A DNA stretch of 63,726 nucleotides, filler included, from Reticulomyxa filosa (GCA_000512085.1; 20 parts of 20 records of this genome joined end to end with filler, not necessarily neighbours in it), one strand, 5' to 3'. Numbered from the whole stretch's first letter, positions 49,675 to 62,530 are shown. Translations and numbers: made by a program. The notes: a model not told the origin generated them from the sequence alone.

Positions 49675-51479
49675 GCCATTTTGGCTCTTTATGTGTGAAG
49701 TCCTTTGAAATTTGGACGATTTTTTTTTTTTTTTAAAAGTTTTTTTTTTTTTGCATGGACGAATAAAAAAAAAAACTAATTAGCCCTTGTAAAAGTTATT
49801 TAAAAAAAAATTATTTTGTTTTGTTTTGACAATACAAAACCTCATTTCATATATCTTTCGCACTTACTCTTCTTTGAAAACACAAAAACGCTCTTTCAAC
49901 AAATGTGAAAGTATTCTTTTGTGTTTGTAAAAAATTCTTTCAAGACATTTCTAGCAATACTTCATTAGATAACTCGGGACACAAAGTTGATTTTTTATGA
50001 GATATAAAACTAATTTTTTACACTAAGAAATCATTTAATCACTTTGATACATACAATCTAACAAATAACATTATTTTCATCATTGACGATAAACAAGACA
50101 GTAAGTCTGCTGAACAATGTCAAAGAAAAATGTATATGTAACAACAAAACAGATTCTTGTTTGTCAAAGATAATCGAGAGGAAATCAAAATTACAAAATG
50201 CAAAATGTATATCTTAACATTTGCTTTATTTGGCATGTGCAAACAATTTTTATGATGCGGTGGATGAAAACAACTAAATATCAGTAATGTTTATTTATCA
50301 CAATTTTTATAGTGGTCTCGTTTGTCATGTACAACTTTACAAAATCATTGTCTACAATAATTTCAATAAATGACTTAATTGTGTTATTATTCTGTCAAAA
50401 AATTTTCAAAAAAAAAAGTGTGATGAATAGATGTCAAAAGGGTATGTTTAATTCATTTACTTATGATGACTATTTGAGCAAAATTAAAAAAATATACAAA
50501 TTGTACATATTGCCTTTGGCAATGATTTGTTTTCTAAATCTATAATTATAAATTTAATTTTAAAATGTAATTATACCCATCCCCCCCCTGAATATCAGTA
50601 CATGCAACACACTTTTTATAAAATATGATTTTTGTATTTGAATTAAAAATTATTCTCTTAATTCTGTTTTGAAAAATTTTTGAAGAATGCAATGGCAATT
50701 GTCGAGTGAAACAGCAAACCAAAAAGAACATTGATTTTTTTAATGGATAGCAGACAAGAAAATTTGAAGTAACGGGAAAAAAAATAGAATATCACATTCG
50801 GAATTGATCGAAACACAAATCTAGTTGATTCCTTTTTGGCCATCTTCTTCGAAGAGAGTTTTGCTACACTTTCTTTGCGCTGATTAATGAAGAGCTTTGA
50901 CAATGGACAGCTTCACGGATTCAAAGTCTCAAAAAGATAGCGTAAACAAACTCAGTTATGTCGCTTTCAAAGTGTTGACGAAGAAAGGTTAAGTATGTAG
51001 AGAAACTAGATCGATTAAAGATTGTCACACATGGAGAATCTTCCGAGCACAATGATCTTTTGGATGAAACTGTTACAAACTTTTCAAAGTTTAAGAACAA
51101 ATTATTCATTTACAGTCATATCGGGTTTATTTCACACCTTTCAGCTGTCTTTTTTAAAAAAATCTTAAAAAACTTTTGGTTGTAATGAGCCAAGAAAATG
51201 CCACTGCTGACAATAGATTGGCATAATTGTGTAAGAATCAATATTAAAATTCAGACCTTTTAAAACCCATAACATCAACAACTTAGCTCAGCGCTTAGAT
51301 TTTCTTTATGGATATGCAAAAATTCAATTCCCTATAAGGAAAGGTATTTCTATTTGGAAGCATTTTTATGCAAAAAAATTGAATGATTAATGATTTTAAA
51401 AAAAAATCTTTGATAAGTTTTTTCATTCAAATAAATAATGACGCGATAACAATAATAGAAAAAATTTCTTTTGTTTTAT

Positions 51480-51690
51480 TGAAGTTGGATAAATACCATT
51501 CATTTTTACAAATAGTGAATATTCAACAGCATTCACATAATCTGATGTGTTGAATTCTTGAATTTGTTGGCCTGATAGAATATCCCACAAACAAATTGTT
51601 TTATCACTTGATCCAATCGCACCAATATTATTATTATTGTGTTGTTGCTTTGTAATGGTGAAATATCGACAAACCAAATAGCATTGAAAC
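51480..51690 (-). pseudogene. WD40 relic
   Basis: IWFVDISPLQS.. / IGSSDKTICLWDILSGQQIQEFNTSDYVNAVEYSLFV, with frameshifts and deletions. Confidence 0.75.
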
Positions 51691-52424
51691 TGTTGTATTC
51701 GCTTAGGACAATGTCTTTGTAGTAATGCATGATATAATTATTAAAACTTGAAGTACTGTTGTTGTCATTGAATCTTCAAAGAATATAGTGTATTAATAAA
51801 TTTGAAAAGCGGAAAACAAAGTAAGGACAGTTCTTTCGATCAATAAATGTACTTTGAAAAGAATTGAATTCATTTTTGTAATTATTATAAAATTTTACTC
51901 AAACAATTATTTAAAATTGAATTCGGACGGGTCAATAGCTTGTTGTTACATATTAAGTACAATAACAATTCAACTTTGACATAATAAAATACAAAATTCA
52001 TTTAATTTTAAAATAAATATGCTGATACGTCCAAAAATAAGCACATTAACAAAAATATTTTTCAAATACATGTTTCATAGTTGTCAAAATTATTCATTGA
52101 ATGATTGAAAAATATCTCAATGACAAAACAAAGTGCTTTTTCTTTGATTCTGCAATGGCATAATAAGCAAAGTATGAATTGTGCACAACATTAAATTAAA
52201 TTTCAAATATTTTTTATCCTTTGTCCAAAGAAAATGTACACCCTATCGAGGACAATTTAATCAATTTTTCTTTTCGAAAACACAAAAAGTTGGATATTAT
52301 GTTTTTGTGCAAAGATGTAGACTGTCTAAAATAATTCCAGTTTCATGATTATTACAATTAATTATTGGAAACATATCAAATTAAATTTGAAATATACTAA
52401 ACCAATCAATTATATTATCGAAAT

Positions 52425-52577
52425 TGTGCAAAGCAAATAATTCTTCCAGATATCATATTTTACAACATGCTTTTATCTGTATGTGAAAAGGCACCTGATA
52501 TCCAAAGTGCTGAATTGATGTTACACAGTCTTAATCAATTCAATCTTAAACTTTTCTGGCCGTTGAGGATAATTTAA
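52425..52577 (+). pseudogene. Pentatricopeptide (PPR) repeat relic
   Basis: LPDIIFYNMLLSVCEKAPDIQSAELMLHSLNQFNLKL fits the PPR consensus (PD.+.YN.L+..C.K......A..+...M...); surrounded by in-frame stops. Confidence 0.6.
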
Positions 52578-53539
52578 TATCTCCACCTTCTACATATAAT
52601 TTATACCAATTATGTCAGGATATTAAAAGCAAATTATGTTTGGTTTATGATGCATGTCTTTTGTTAAAATTTTCAATCCTTTAGTAATTTTCAAAAAAAT
52701 AATTAAAAAACAAATATTGAATTNNNNNNNNNNNNNNNNNNNNNNNNNNNNNNNNNNNNNNNNNNNNTTAATTAATTAANNNNNNNNNNNNNNNNNNNNN
52801 NNNNNNNNNNNNNNNNNNNNNNNCAAAAAGGGAGAACAGAAGAGGATATGCATATATGTATATATATAATCAATTTGTATCTGAATGATAAAATACATCA
52901 GTTTTGAAAACAGATAAACAGAACAATACTTTATAATTTTGCTTACCACATAACATCAATTGGATATGTGGAAGATCAGAAACAATAATGGATAATCATC
53001 CAAAAAAACATTGTCAAAATAGCTTCACTCTTCAATTGAACCAAAACAGTTACTGCTTGTCTTCTCTCTGTTCTAGTTTAAAATTATTTTTGAAAGGTGA
53101 CTCATTTGAAACATTTTTGCAAAAAAAGCAAGTATGCTGATATGAACACTGTTCGAGACTTCTACGTCTCTTTTCTTTTATTTTGGGGATTTTGTTCTTT
53201 CAGCAGGAACTGAACCAAGTCAGAGGTAGTTCCAAGTTCAAGCAACAAAAGCTGGAGACTGGGGTAAGAAAAGCAATGTCAAGACAAGTGGAATATCGCA
53301 CGAATGTAAAGATACAAAAATTACTACTATGAACTAAGAAAAAACTATTGGAACAAACAAAACGTAAAAAGTTCTAACTATGACACGACAATGAGGGCAA
53401 GAAAAAAAAGTTTACAGTCAAAAAAATATTATATATGTTACAAAGGACATTTAATTATGTATAAATTTTTGGAATGATGCCAATTTTAGTTGATGAACAA
53501 AATAAAACGAAAAAAGATAAAATTTCCTTTTGCTTGTTT

Positions 53540-54310
53540 TTAGGATTGGAATGGCTCACTGCGATTATTAGCATTGTTGGTAGTGTTGTCGGCCGCAGCA
53601 GCATTATTTTCATTTTGATTCAAATCTATCGATTCAGTGGAGGATACAGAGGTTTGGCCATACATCCAATCAACGGTATGGTCTTTTTGAAAGCCGCAAT
53701 TTCGATACAATTTATTCAAAACCGTACGTAATCGTTCGTAGTTTGGAGTCTCATCGTATTTCAATTTTTTGGTATATTCCAAAAAAAAGCAAAATTCATG
53801 AGGTAGCCCTTGGGTGAGCTGTTGCGCAGAAAAAGACGCTTTCTTTTGTTCGATGCGTCTCCATTTTTTTACACGATCATTCTCGCGCAAACCTTGCCAA
53901 GGTAATTCACCTTTTAAGAAATAAATCAGCATATATGCAACTGACTCCAAATCGTCTCTTCTAGTTTGGTGAATGCCACGGTGATTACTCAATGACGCAT
54001 AGCGTGCTAACCAAAAAAGTAGAGCCATTACATAAATATCAATCAACATAATTGCGACATCAATTCAAAAATACCTCCTCAAAAAAAAAATATATATATA
54101 TGTACACATATAAGAGTGGAACATACCGGTGCCGACAGGAGAACATTTATCTTGATACATAATATGGTCGCCCACACAATTTACAAACCATGTGGACAAA
54201 CCGAAATCAATCAAATAAATTTTGGACGGATCAGTTATTCCAACCAAAAAATTTTGTGGTTTTATGTCACGGTGCACCACACCACAGGAATGCAATTGTT
54301 CCATGCAGCT
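53540..54310 (-). CDS. Casein kinase 1 family kinase, C-terminal half
   Basis: VHRDIKPQNFLVG, YLIDFGLS, GT|ARYAS..NH.G..Q.RRDDLES..YMLIYFLKGELPWQGL, P.EF..FL.Y...L.YDETPNY, ending in DW. Confidence 0.95.
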
Positions 54311-54480
54311 TTCAAAAACAAAAAAAAAACAGAAATATTAAAATCTGAGTTTGTTTGAGTGGTAAAACAAATTTTGCTATNNNNNNNNNNNNNNNNNNNN
54401 NNNNNNNNNNNNNNNNNNNNNNNNTTAATTAATTAANNNNNNNNNNNNNNNNNNNNNNNNNNNNNNNNNNNNNNNNNNNN

Positions 54481-55000
54481 TATTATTCCAGCATTGGTGA
54501 ACAAGGAGACCAATTCAGTGGCGATATCTAATGCAGAAAAAGTGTATCTATTGGCAAAGACATTTACAGAGCCACCTCAGCCTCCAAAAGATGTGGATGA
54601 AAAGCATTATGAGATAGTAGAAGAAGATATTCTTAAGAATGGTGGTAATGCAATGATTGATTAATTGGTATTCCTATTTGGATGGAGTTTTCGAATGGGC
54701 TACATGCCAATTGCATGGAAAAAGGCAAACATTATGCATATTCCCAAGCATGACAGAAGGAGATTAATGTGGTGGCTAAATGAAAAGAAATTATTGCCTC
54801 AAACACAAGCAGGATTCCAATCGTGGCATAATACACACAAGTCTTTCGATTCGATTCAGTGACATATGCAGTGTTATTGGACATCTCTGTAGCATATGAT
54901 AGTGTTTGGAGAAATGGATTGATATATAAAATGAGAAATGAATTTAAATTAGATGGAAGATTGTATTGGTGGATTGACAGCTTCTCATCAGAAGAAAAAT
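54481..55000 (+). mobile_element. Degenerate non-LTR (LINE) reverse-transcriptase fragment
   Basis: IPAL...EK..LLAKTF; G.MP.AWKKANI..IPK; LLPQTQAGFQ; AVLLDIS.AYDSVWR.GL.YK; LY.WIDSF. Contains stops and frameshifts and stops short of the GVPQG/YADD motifs. Confidence 0.9.
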
Positions 55001-55279
55001 TTGAACAATTTCGAGTTTTCCAGGACAAATTTCAATCTAAATTGATTAACTATAATGCTTTTCTTTTAAGTGGACCTTCTGGTCGTTGTAAGATTTTGTG
55101 AGGTTCTTTCTTTTTCCTTTCTTTTGAGTACTGTGTCTATATCTTAGAACGAGGTGCTCTTTTAACTTGAAAGACCTGAGCTTGTGCAGGTAGAGAGGGC
55201 AAGTTGAGGATGAAGGCGACGCTTGACACGCCCCCACTGCAACCCATCTAAAAAAAATAAAAAAATTGTCAATATTCCT

Positions 55280-55585
55280 TTTCAATCTCAATCTCAATTG
55301 TTCCCATTTGGTACTTCTTCAATCTTTTGTCGTTCAATTCGTGGTGAAGACCACGTGATTTTGATATTGAGCGTGATTGGGAGATGGTCTGAGTGCACAT
55401 CCAATTCAACATCATCTATTCTCCAATTGCTAACATAATGTATTCAGTAATTTTCTGAGCATATTGTAATTCTTGCTCGAATGCTTGAATATTAAAGTGA
55501 CTACACTGCAAGTTTCGATAGACGATTTCTTTTGATCAGTACAAGAAATTTCCACCCAACACGATTCATAACCAAATACATTAAA
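55280..55585 (-). mobile_element. Degenerate LINE APE-endonuclease fragment
   Basis: Reverse strand reads ESCWVEI...VYRN...EYIML../..NWRIDDVELDVHSDHLPITLNI; SDHLPI (55392-55375) is the terminal motif of APE endonucleases. Confidence 0.8.
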
Positions 55586-56041
55586 NNNNNNNNNNNNNNN
55601 NNNNNNNNNNNNNNNNNNNNNNNNNNNNNTTAATTAATTAANNNNNNNNNNNNNNNNNNNNNNNNNNNNNNNNNNNNNNNNNNNNTTTTTTTTTTTTTTT
55701 TTTTTGGGACCCAAAAAAAAAAAAAAAAAAACACATATGACAAATGCAAGAAAATTGAATTAATAATCAAGTATAATACACCTTCTTGACAACAAAGATA
55801 TTTGATACATTAGATGGTATAAACTACATTCGTTATATTAAGTAAGTTCAAAGTTTGTGAGTTTGCATAATGTGCAAATAATGGGTTATATTTGTGTCGA
55901 TTACAAAGAATTGAAGAAAGGGAGGAATGAAAAAAATAATGTTGTGGAATATTTAAATAATTTCACAAAAATAAAATATCATCAAACCAACAATGGAGCC
56001 AATTAAAATTTACAACGAATAAGACAAAGAGGAAAGAACAT

Positions 56042-57097
56042 TTAAGTGCTTTTGATGAGTCTACTTAATAAGATTTCAAATGGTGTACCACAACAACCAA
56101 AACAATACTTGAACATATTTTCCGCAAAAGTAAAGCTGCTCAGCATTAAAACACCATTGAAAAAGCAGTCAATAAAAATAGAAACGACAGCTGACAAGCC
56201 CAAAGCAATCGCACATGAGATAAGAGAGCAAGTGATACTAGTCAGAGCAATAATACCACATTTCCTAACATGAATAAGGATTTGCATTGTCTCGTTTGAA
56301 ATTTCATGGCTGGACGGGTTATTTTTAATGTGTGCAAGATCGAGCTCCTCATTTCGATGCACCGCACGTGCAGTGTAAATCATCCTTGTAATGTACATAT
56401 AACCAATAATGAGATTCAATATGATCACACCACCAATTCCAATTGCACTATTTACTTCAAAAGAAATTAAATCACGACGACATATCCAATACACTCTTTT
56501 TCCATTCACTTCACTAGTTGAAGAAGGAGTTATAGTAAAATCTTTGACTCTAAAGTACTGCAAACATGCAGCTGCGGATGCAAACCAACCACTGACTCCT
56601 ACAGTGGCAACAGTCATTAATATCGCTACGAAATACAATCCCCAAAGATGATTTTTTTTTAATTCCATATAACGAATTTTCAAATACAATCACTGACAAC
56701 AAAATTCACATACATACGTACATCTTTTTGTGCACGATATATACACACATACGTAAGTATACATATGCGCCAAACCTAATCTTTTTAGCCAAAAGAATAT
56801 TCCAGCACTATATATTAATACTAACAGCGAAGAAATCATAAAAAATAATACTGGACAAAATGAAACTGCGTGCAACCACTAACTCTGTTCTATACCAATC
56901 AAGTATACACACTCCACGCACAATGCCATCACCAAAGCGACATGGTAAAATAAGCATATGATTTGAAGACTTGAATGCACATTCTCTGGCTTCCATAAAT
57001 GATAAAAATTGTATACGCAAAAAAATATTTCTGTTGTCAGTAATACAATATAAAAAAGTGCAAGCGTTCCATGCAAAGTGATGCAAAGACATGACAT
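56042..57097 (-). CDS. Multi-pass (probably 7TM) GPCR-like membrane protein; in-frame TAG, possibly a pseudogene
   Basis: About 7 hydrophobic segments, Cys in the extracellular loop (WICRRD), TM7 IDCFFNGVLMLSSF and a CFGCC tail. One intron, a poly-A frameshift and a TAG at 56881-56879. Confidence 0.65.
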
Positions 57098-57633
57098 ATT
57101 TCAGAACAAGATTGTCAAAAACCATAAAAAAATCTATATATAAATTATGTAGTTTACAGTCTTATTTTTCTTGAAACTTTATTTTCGTAAGTGTTATTCT
57201 TTTTCCGTCACTCCCACAAAACAAACACCACAGAGCAAGCTCTGCACTTTTGTTTTGTGTCATGTTTCCACCTTTTGTTTAAATCGTCTTCTCTCAAAAT
57301 CCATTGGCACAAAGAAGTAATTCACTACACACAAAAAAGATCAGCACAAATAAAAAGTTAACAAATCTAATTTTAAAAAAAAAGGGGTTCACCTTTTTTT
57401 TTTTTTTTTTGTTAGTTATTTAGCATTCGACGAAAAAAAAAAATCTATAAAAAAAAATAATGCATAGATGAGCTATGAAAAACTGAGAGAGAAAGTAAAC
57501 AATTGGTCTTTGCCATAATTGAAATGGATGATCACATAAGCTCACTCCCCTCCCCTTTCAAAATATACACCAATCAAAAAAAAAAAAAAAAAAACAACTA
57601 AAAAAAATTTGGAGGAGGTTTGATGCCTTGCCA

Positions 57634-58036
57634 TCATAGAGGGGCAACATCGAAAATTAAGCTTGTATACTCTTCTTTTCCAATATTATTTTCATCACCT
57701 CCCAGCCTCCAAATCTTTTCTGCAGTTACGCGTTCGGTCACAGTTGTGGGCTCTGTTTCTCTCTTTAGCTTGTAGATCACTGTAACGTTGCACTGATACA
57801 AGAAGAAATTGTCGACATTAAACCCCTTTTTGCATCCAGGACATACTATGCCTGGAAACTTGAGTTTATCCAAGTTAGTTCCATCCATATCTTCACCTGG
57901 ACGAATTGGACCAAATCCACGCTGACAAATCACCAACTCTTCTTTTTTTCCAGCCACACAATTTTTATCGTGTCAAACCTGGATTAAATTATAAAGTTTT
58001 TTTTTTTTTTTTTAATTAAATGTGTGTTAAATTTAA

Positions 58037-58068
<32 letters not shown>

Positions 58069-58677
58069 TTAAAAGAGCAAAATAAAATTTAAGGTTATTT
58101 ATACCAGTTTCTTCAAATCTTTGTCGTCCACATCGGGCGCAATGATAGAGCGATTAGGTAATTAGATGACCCTCCTCTAAAAAGTGACACCAAATTTAAT
58201 TTGGAGCCTTTTTGAATGTGATAGTCAGATAACGTATTCCAATTGTCCAATTGCTGATCATCAAACTCCAATTTTTGTTGCGCTTGGGGAACGCCCACAT
58301 TATCCTCAATCAATCTTTTTGACAGATAAAATTGAATTACAAGATAATTTCACATTCAATGATATATTTTGTACTTTTTCTCCATGCAAACATTTAATCA
58401 CGATTTCCACACTCTTATCTTTGCTGTCGTTGCAATTCCTCATTTCAATCACATCTTTTGGCTTTATGCCGTAATCTGACAGCTTACCATTTGATCGTGG
58501 CAACACTTTTTGTTTGAAGATCAAATCTTGTCCGAATGGCTCCCATAAAGATGGATTTTTACTGTAGACCTCTTTCTGTACTTCTTTCAAGGTCGTATCC
58601 TCAAAGCGATCAAACGTCAGCTCTAAAGTAGTTCCGTCTTTCGATTTCACAAATAATGACCCGCTTGATTGTGTCAT
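57634..58677 (-). CDS. Tandem ubiquitin-like domains (second ends LFRGG) fused to a Cys-rich C-terminal domain; disrupted
   Basis: Ubl1 LFVKSKDGTTLEL...LIFKQKVL..KLSDYGIK; Ubl2 IVIKCLHG...IEDNVGVPQAQQKLEFDDQQLDNWNTLSDYHIQKGSKLNLVSLFRGG; last exon V*HDKNCVA..LVICQRGFG..CPGC..FFLYQC. Confidence 0.8.
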
Positions 58678-58953
58678 GTTTACAAGTGTACAATTAGCCC
58701 CTAAGAAATTCTTCTATCACTCCCCTTTTTTTTCTCCAAAAAAAAAAACGGAGCAGTTTTTTTGTTTCTGCACATGATTTAAAAAAAAAAACAAATGCAA
58801 AGAATCAAGACTAAATTATAACAACAGTTTATAAGTTTTTACCCACTATCTAGCCTTTTTTTTTAGTCGAAATTCTAGGATTTTTGTACTGTGTCAATCT
58901 TAAAATCAAAGTCAAAGTCAAATGGAACGATCGACAACAAAGACCATCTATTT

Positions 58954-60551
58954 TCACAGCCTCGCACATGTCGTCAATGCCTTTGGGCTGTGTGAAGGCC
59001 AGCAACTCGTGTTTGATTTTTTGCAATGACACAAGGCATTGCCAACCAAGGCGTGACAATAGGTTAACACGGTGTTGACATCAAATGTCGTTCTTGTTTT
59101 TTGCTCGATACGACGTAGGATCGTATCGGACATGGCCACGAACTCATCCAATTGTCGTTGCAACTTGTCCGACTTTGTTTCACTTTCGTCGCTCGCTTTT
59201 CATTAGAGCGACGTAACGTCTTTGAATTGCTGCCAACTCTTTCTTTTACTTTTGCCGATTTTCCAATGTTTTTTTCATTTCCATTTGCATTTGATGTCTT
59301 TGTTATGTTTGACAACGAGTCATCATCACACTCATTTCGACGTATGTGCGTTCGTGTCAATATATGTGACTCTTCATTTGCTCGACGGGCTCTGAAGTCG
59401 GAGGTTTGGATGAGTTAAAGATCTAGAGCCAACTGAGTCTTTTTGGGGAACGATATTGCGTGCATTATTCTCATCCCATCCGTTTGTCGATGTTTTTGTG
59501 AGTTTGTTTTTTCATTTTCTTCTTTGTTCTTTACTGGTTTGACTCGTGACGGACTTGCCATGTCTTCATTCATGTTCTTGCTCACACTCTTTATTGGAGA
59601 GCGCAATTCATTTATCATACTTGAACTTTTGTTGAAGTGGGGATCAATGTAACAAGGGTCTGCTAAACTTTACAATCGTATATAGGTTTTCAATTTCGTT
59701 TTGTTGTTGTGTGCTGGGTTGATTTCAACACAATAATATGGTGTTGCAACTCGCTTAGAGTTTTCTCCTTATTGTTCGATCAACATGAAAAACTTGGCAA
59801 TCCATGTTGCAGTGGACTCCACTTCTTTCAATTCTTTTTCCTTTGGAGAATCCTAGCAACACACGATCAATAGCCTGTTCGATTTGATCGTAGTTGAGTT
59901 TGTCTGATCCAATTTGCAAGACAAGCCATTCATTTGTCTGTTTTTTCTCTTCGCTATTGTCAATAACAATGAAACTGGCTTGTAATACTTGGTCACATCC
60001 AGCAACATTCCATTGCCCAATTTGATTTGCTTTTTCCAGCAAAGTAAAGCTTTGAACAGCTTGTAATCGACTGGCTTCTTCGACGAGAAAAGAGACACGA
60101 CTCAGGTCCTCATCGTGGCACTTTTTAAAGTTAACAGTGAAATCCTTGTCGCGTTTGTGAATCGCTAAAATCGCTCTTGCGACTTGGCTTGTCTCTTGTA
60201 AATTGGTGTCCCAAATATACTCGCGAATATTTCCATTGACTGCACGCAATGCGCTCACCAATTGCTGGAACTGGACTTCCTTGCAATTGTCCAGTGTCTC
60301 CATAGTGTTTGCAAAATGCTCTTTGCTTGCAAAGTTTTCGCTAGTCGCCAGTTGTTCAATCAGTTCTTTTATATTTTTCACAATCAAATCTAACAATTCC
60401 ACACATTGAAAAGCTTCATTTTCAAAGCAGCTGATACACTCATTGTAACATTTGGACAAGTGTTGGATTGAAGGTTCTCGTTCACTTAGTGATTAGAGCT
60501 ATTCTCCAATGACTCACCAAAGCGATACCAATTGCGATCAATTCTTATCAT
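58954..60551 (-). pseudogene. Intronless disrupted gene (helical/coiled-coil protein)
   Basis: Collinear ORF pieces (59755-60459, 59415-59618, 59064-59360, 58954-59163) linked by single frameshifts or in-frame TAA (e.g. 59417-59415). No intron-like AT tracts. Confidence 0.6.
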
Positions 60552-61229
60552 GTCACTTGATTTGTGATATTCTTTCAGAGTATAATATTTAAGAATATAC
60601 AAAATCTGCTACTTTTTAAAATTTCACTGAAAAATAATATTGTTGAGATTTATGGACACCTATACAAGTTGCGAAATATAATACTACCAAGTACATGTGC
60701 TGTACTCAATAACAAGTGCATTGTGGGTTCTATCACCAGCTGCTAGGCGATAGTGGTTGTCCCGCTGGAACCGGGTACACTTGCTACTGAAAAAATTGGT
60801 TCTGCCCAATTTTATTTATTTTATTAAAAAAAATTATGACTGAGGACAGGAACATGATATTACAAAATTTAGAATTGAATGCAAATTTAACAGTGAAAAA
60901 GCTTATGTCTAATAAATATCTTTTTCTCAAATAAAATTGGTTCTTTTATTCTTCAATTATACAACAAAACCTCAATGAAAAAAAGTGCTATATATTTTTT
61001 GAAACTTTTTTTGCAATATCTATAACACAGATATGACTTGAAACAAAGCCCAAAGATCTCTAAAAGACAAATTGTATCAAACAGAGTTAGTGCTTATAAC
61101 TCTTTNNNNNNNNNNNNNNNNNNNNNNNNNNNNNNNNNNNNNNNNNNNNTTAATTAATTAANNNNNNNNNNNNNNNNNNNNNNNNNNNNNNNNNNNNNNN
61201 NNNNNAGGGGGGGGGGGAGAAAAAAAAGA

Positions 61230-62228
61230 TGATACCAAAGTTGTTCCTTCTTTCATTTGGGCCAACGCATCTTTCTTGTTGCTATCATTGGCTTTTTCAT
61301 CAGTCGAATTTTTCTTGTCATCCTTGGTTGCATTGGGTTTCTGTTGCTTGTCAAAGGCCTGTTCGGGCAGATGCAATGCAACGTCCTCATTTTCGTGCTC
61401 TTCGTCACGCATGAGATCTTCTTGGGTCCACATGTTGTTCATAACCATCGACATGGAGGGGGTTGTCGAAGCCGACATGCGCTTTCCATCGCTGCCCATG
61501 AAGTCTTGCAAGTACTTGATGATTTCGGGGTCGTACTGTGTGTTTTCTTCGTCGTCGTCTTTGCGCAACTCGCTCAGTTCAAACGTCATGGGCTTGTTAT
61601 CTTTCGGAGTGCTATCCACCAATTTGTTCAACGTCGCTTTGCGTGTCTCTGACATGGCTTGAAGCGTTGGCTATTCGTAACACAAGCAAATATACATTAT
61701 ATGCACATATATCCTTTTTATTTAATATATGTATATATATATATATATATGTATATGAATCATAATTATGGAAAGGTTTGTTAAGAGTGAGATATCTCTC
61801 TTTTAAACAAAAAAAAAAAAAAATATGTATATATACATATATATATGTACATATATGTATATGTATTTTCTTGAAATGCATTTTTAAATAAAATAAAAGA
61901 GAGAGAATGTAAAGCACGAAACATCTTCGTTAGTGGCAGTACTGGACACTGCTGCAGTGACCATAAGTTTGGCCAGCTCTTTGAACATTTCACCTCGCTC
62001 GGCGTTTAGATCGCTTTCGTCCCACATCCCCAGCTCGGCAACCTTGAACACGCCTTTGCTGCGACTGTTGCGTTTTTCGCTTGCTGGATCCTTCGCTTTG
62101 TCTTGATCTTTCTGCTGTCGTTTGCGCTTAAAGTGTTGCTTCACATGCTCCACATCGTCGTCAGTTGAATAGCTGCTTTCTGACGAACCACTGTCACTAT
62201 CCTCCTCACTTCCACTCTCTTCTGCTGA
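61230..62228 (-). CDS. Hypothetical protein; fragment ends at the start of a probable PH domain
   Basis: Multi-exon acidic/charged region ending KKDALAQMKEGTTL at a GT donor, which resembles the entry to PLC/RCC1-type PH domains (AL..L..G..LLK). Confidence 0.5.
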
Positions 62229-62494
62229 CTAATCAAAAATCATTATTATTATTATTATTTTTTTTTTTTAAATACGTATACTCAATTGTTTCTGTTTTCA
62301 TTATTCTATAGATATATATATATATATATATCATACATATACATAAATATTATATGTGATATGTGGTGTATGTCAATAGGATAAACAATACATATCACTT
62401 ACATCCACCCATGCACTCTCTTGTGTCTTCTTCTGCAATTTGTCGAGTTTTTTGCCATCTCTTACGCTCTATTTTTTTGAGTATAATTAAATTA

Positions 62495-62530
<36 letters not shown>

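Noticed and set aside
50921-51109. RGS-domain-like fragment (YLTFLRQHFESDITEFVYAI)
   Set aside because: Only a loose resemblance: the ENxxF motif is absent and the frame is broken.
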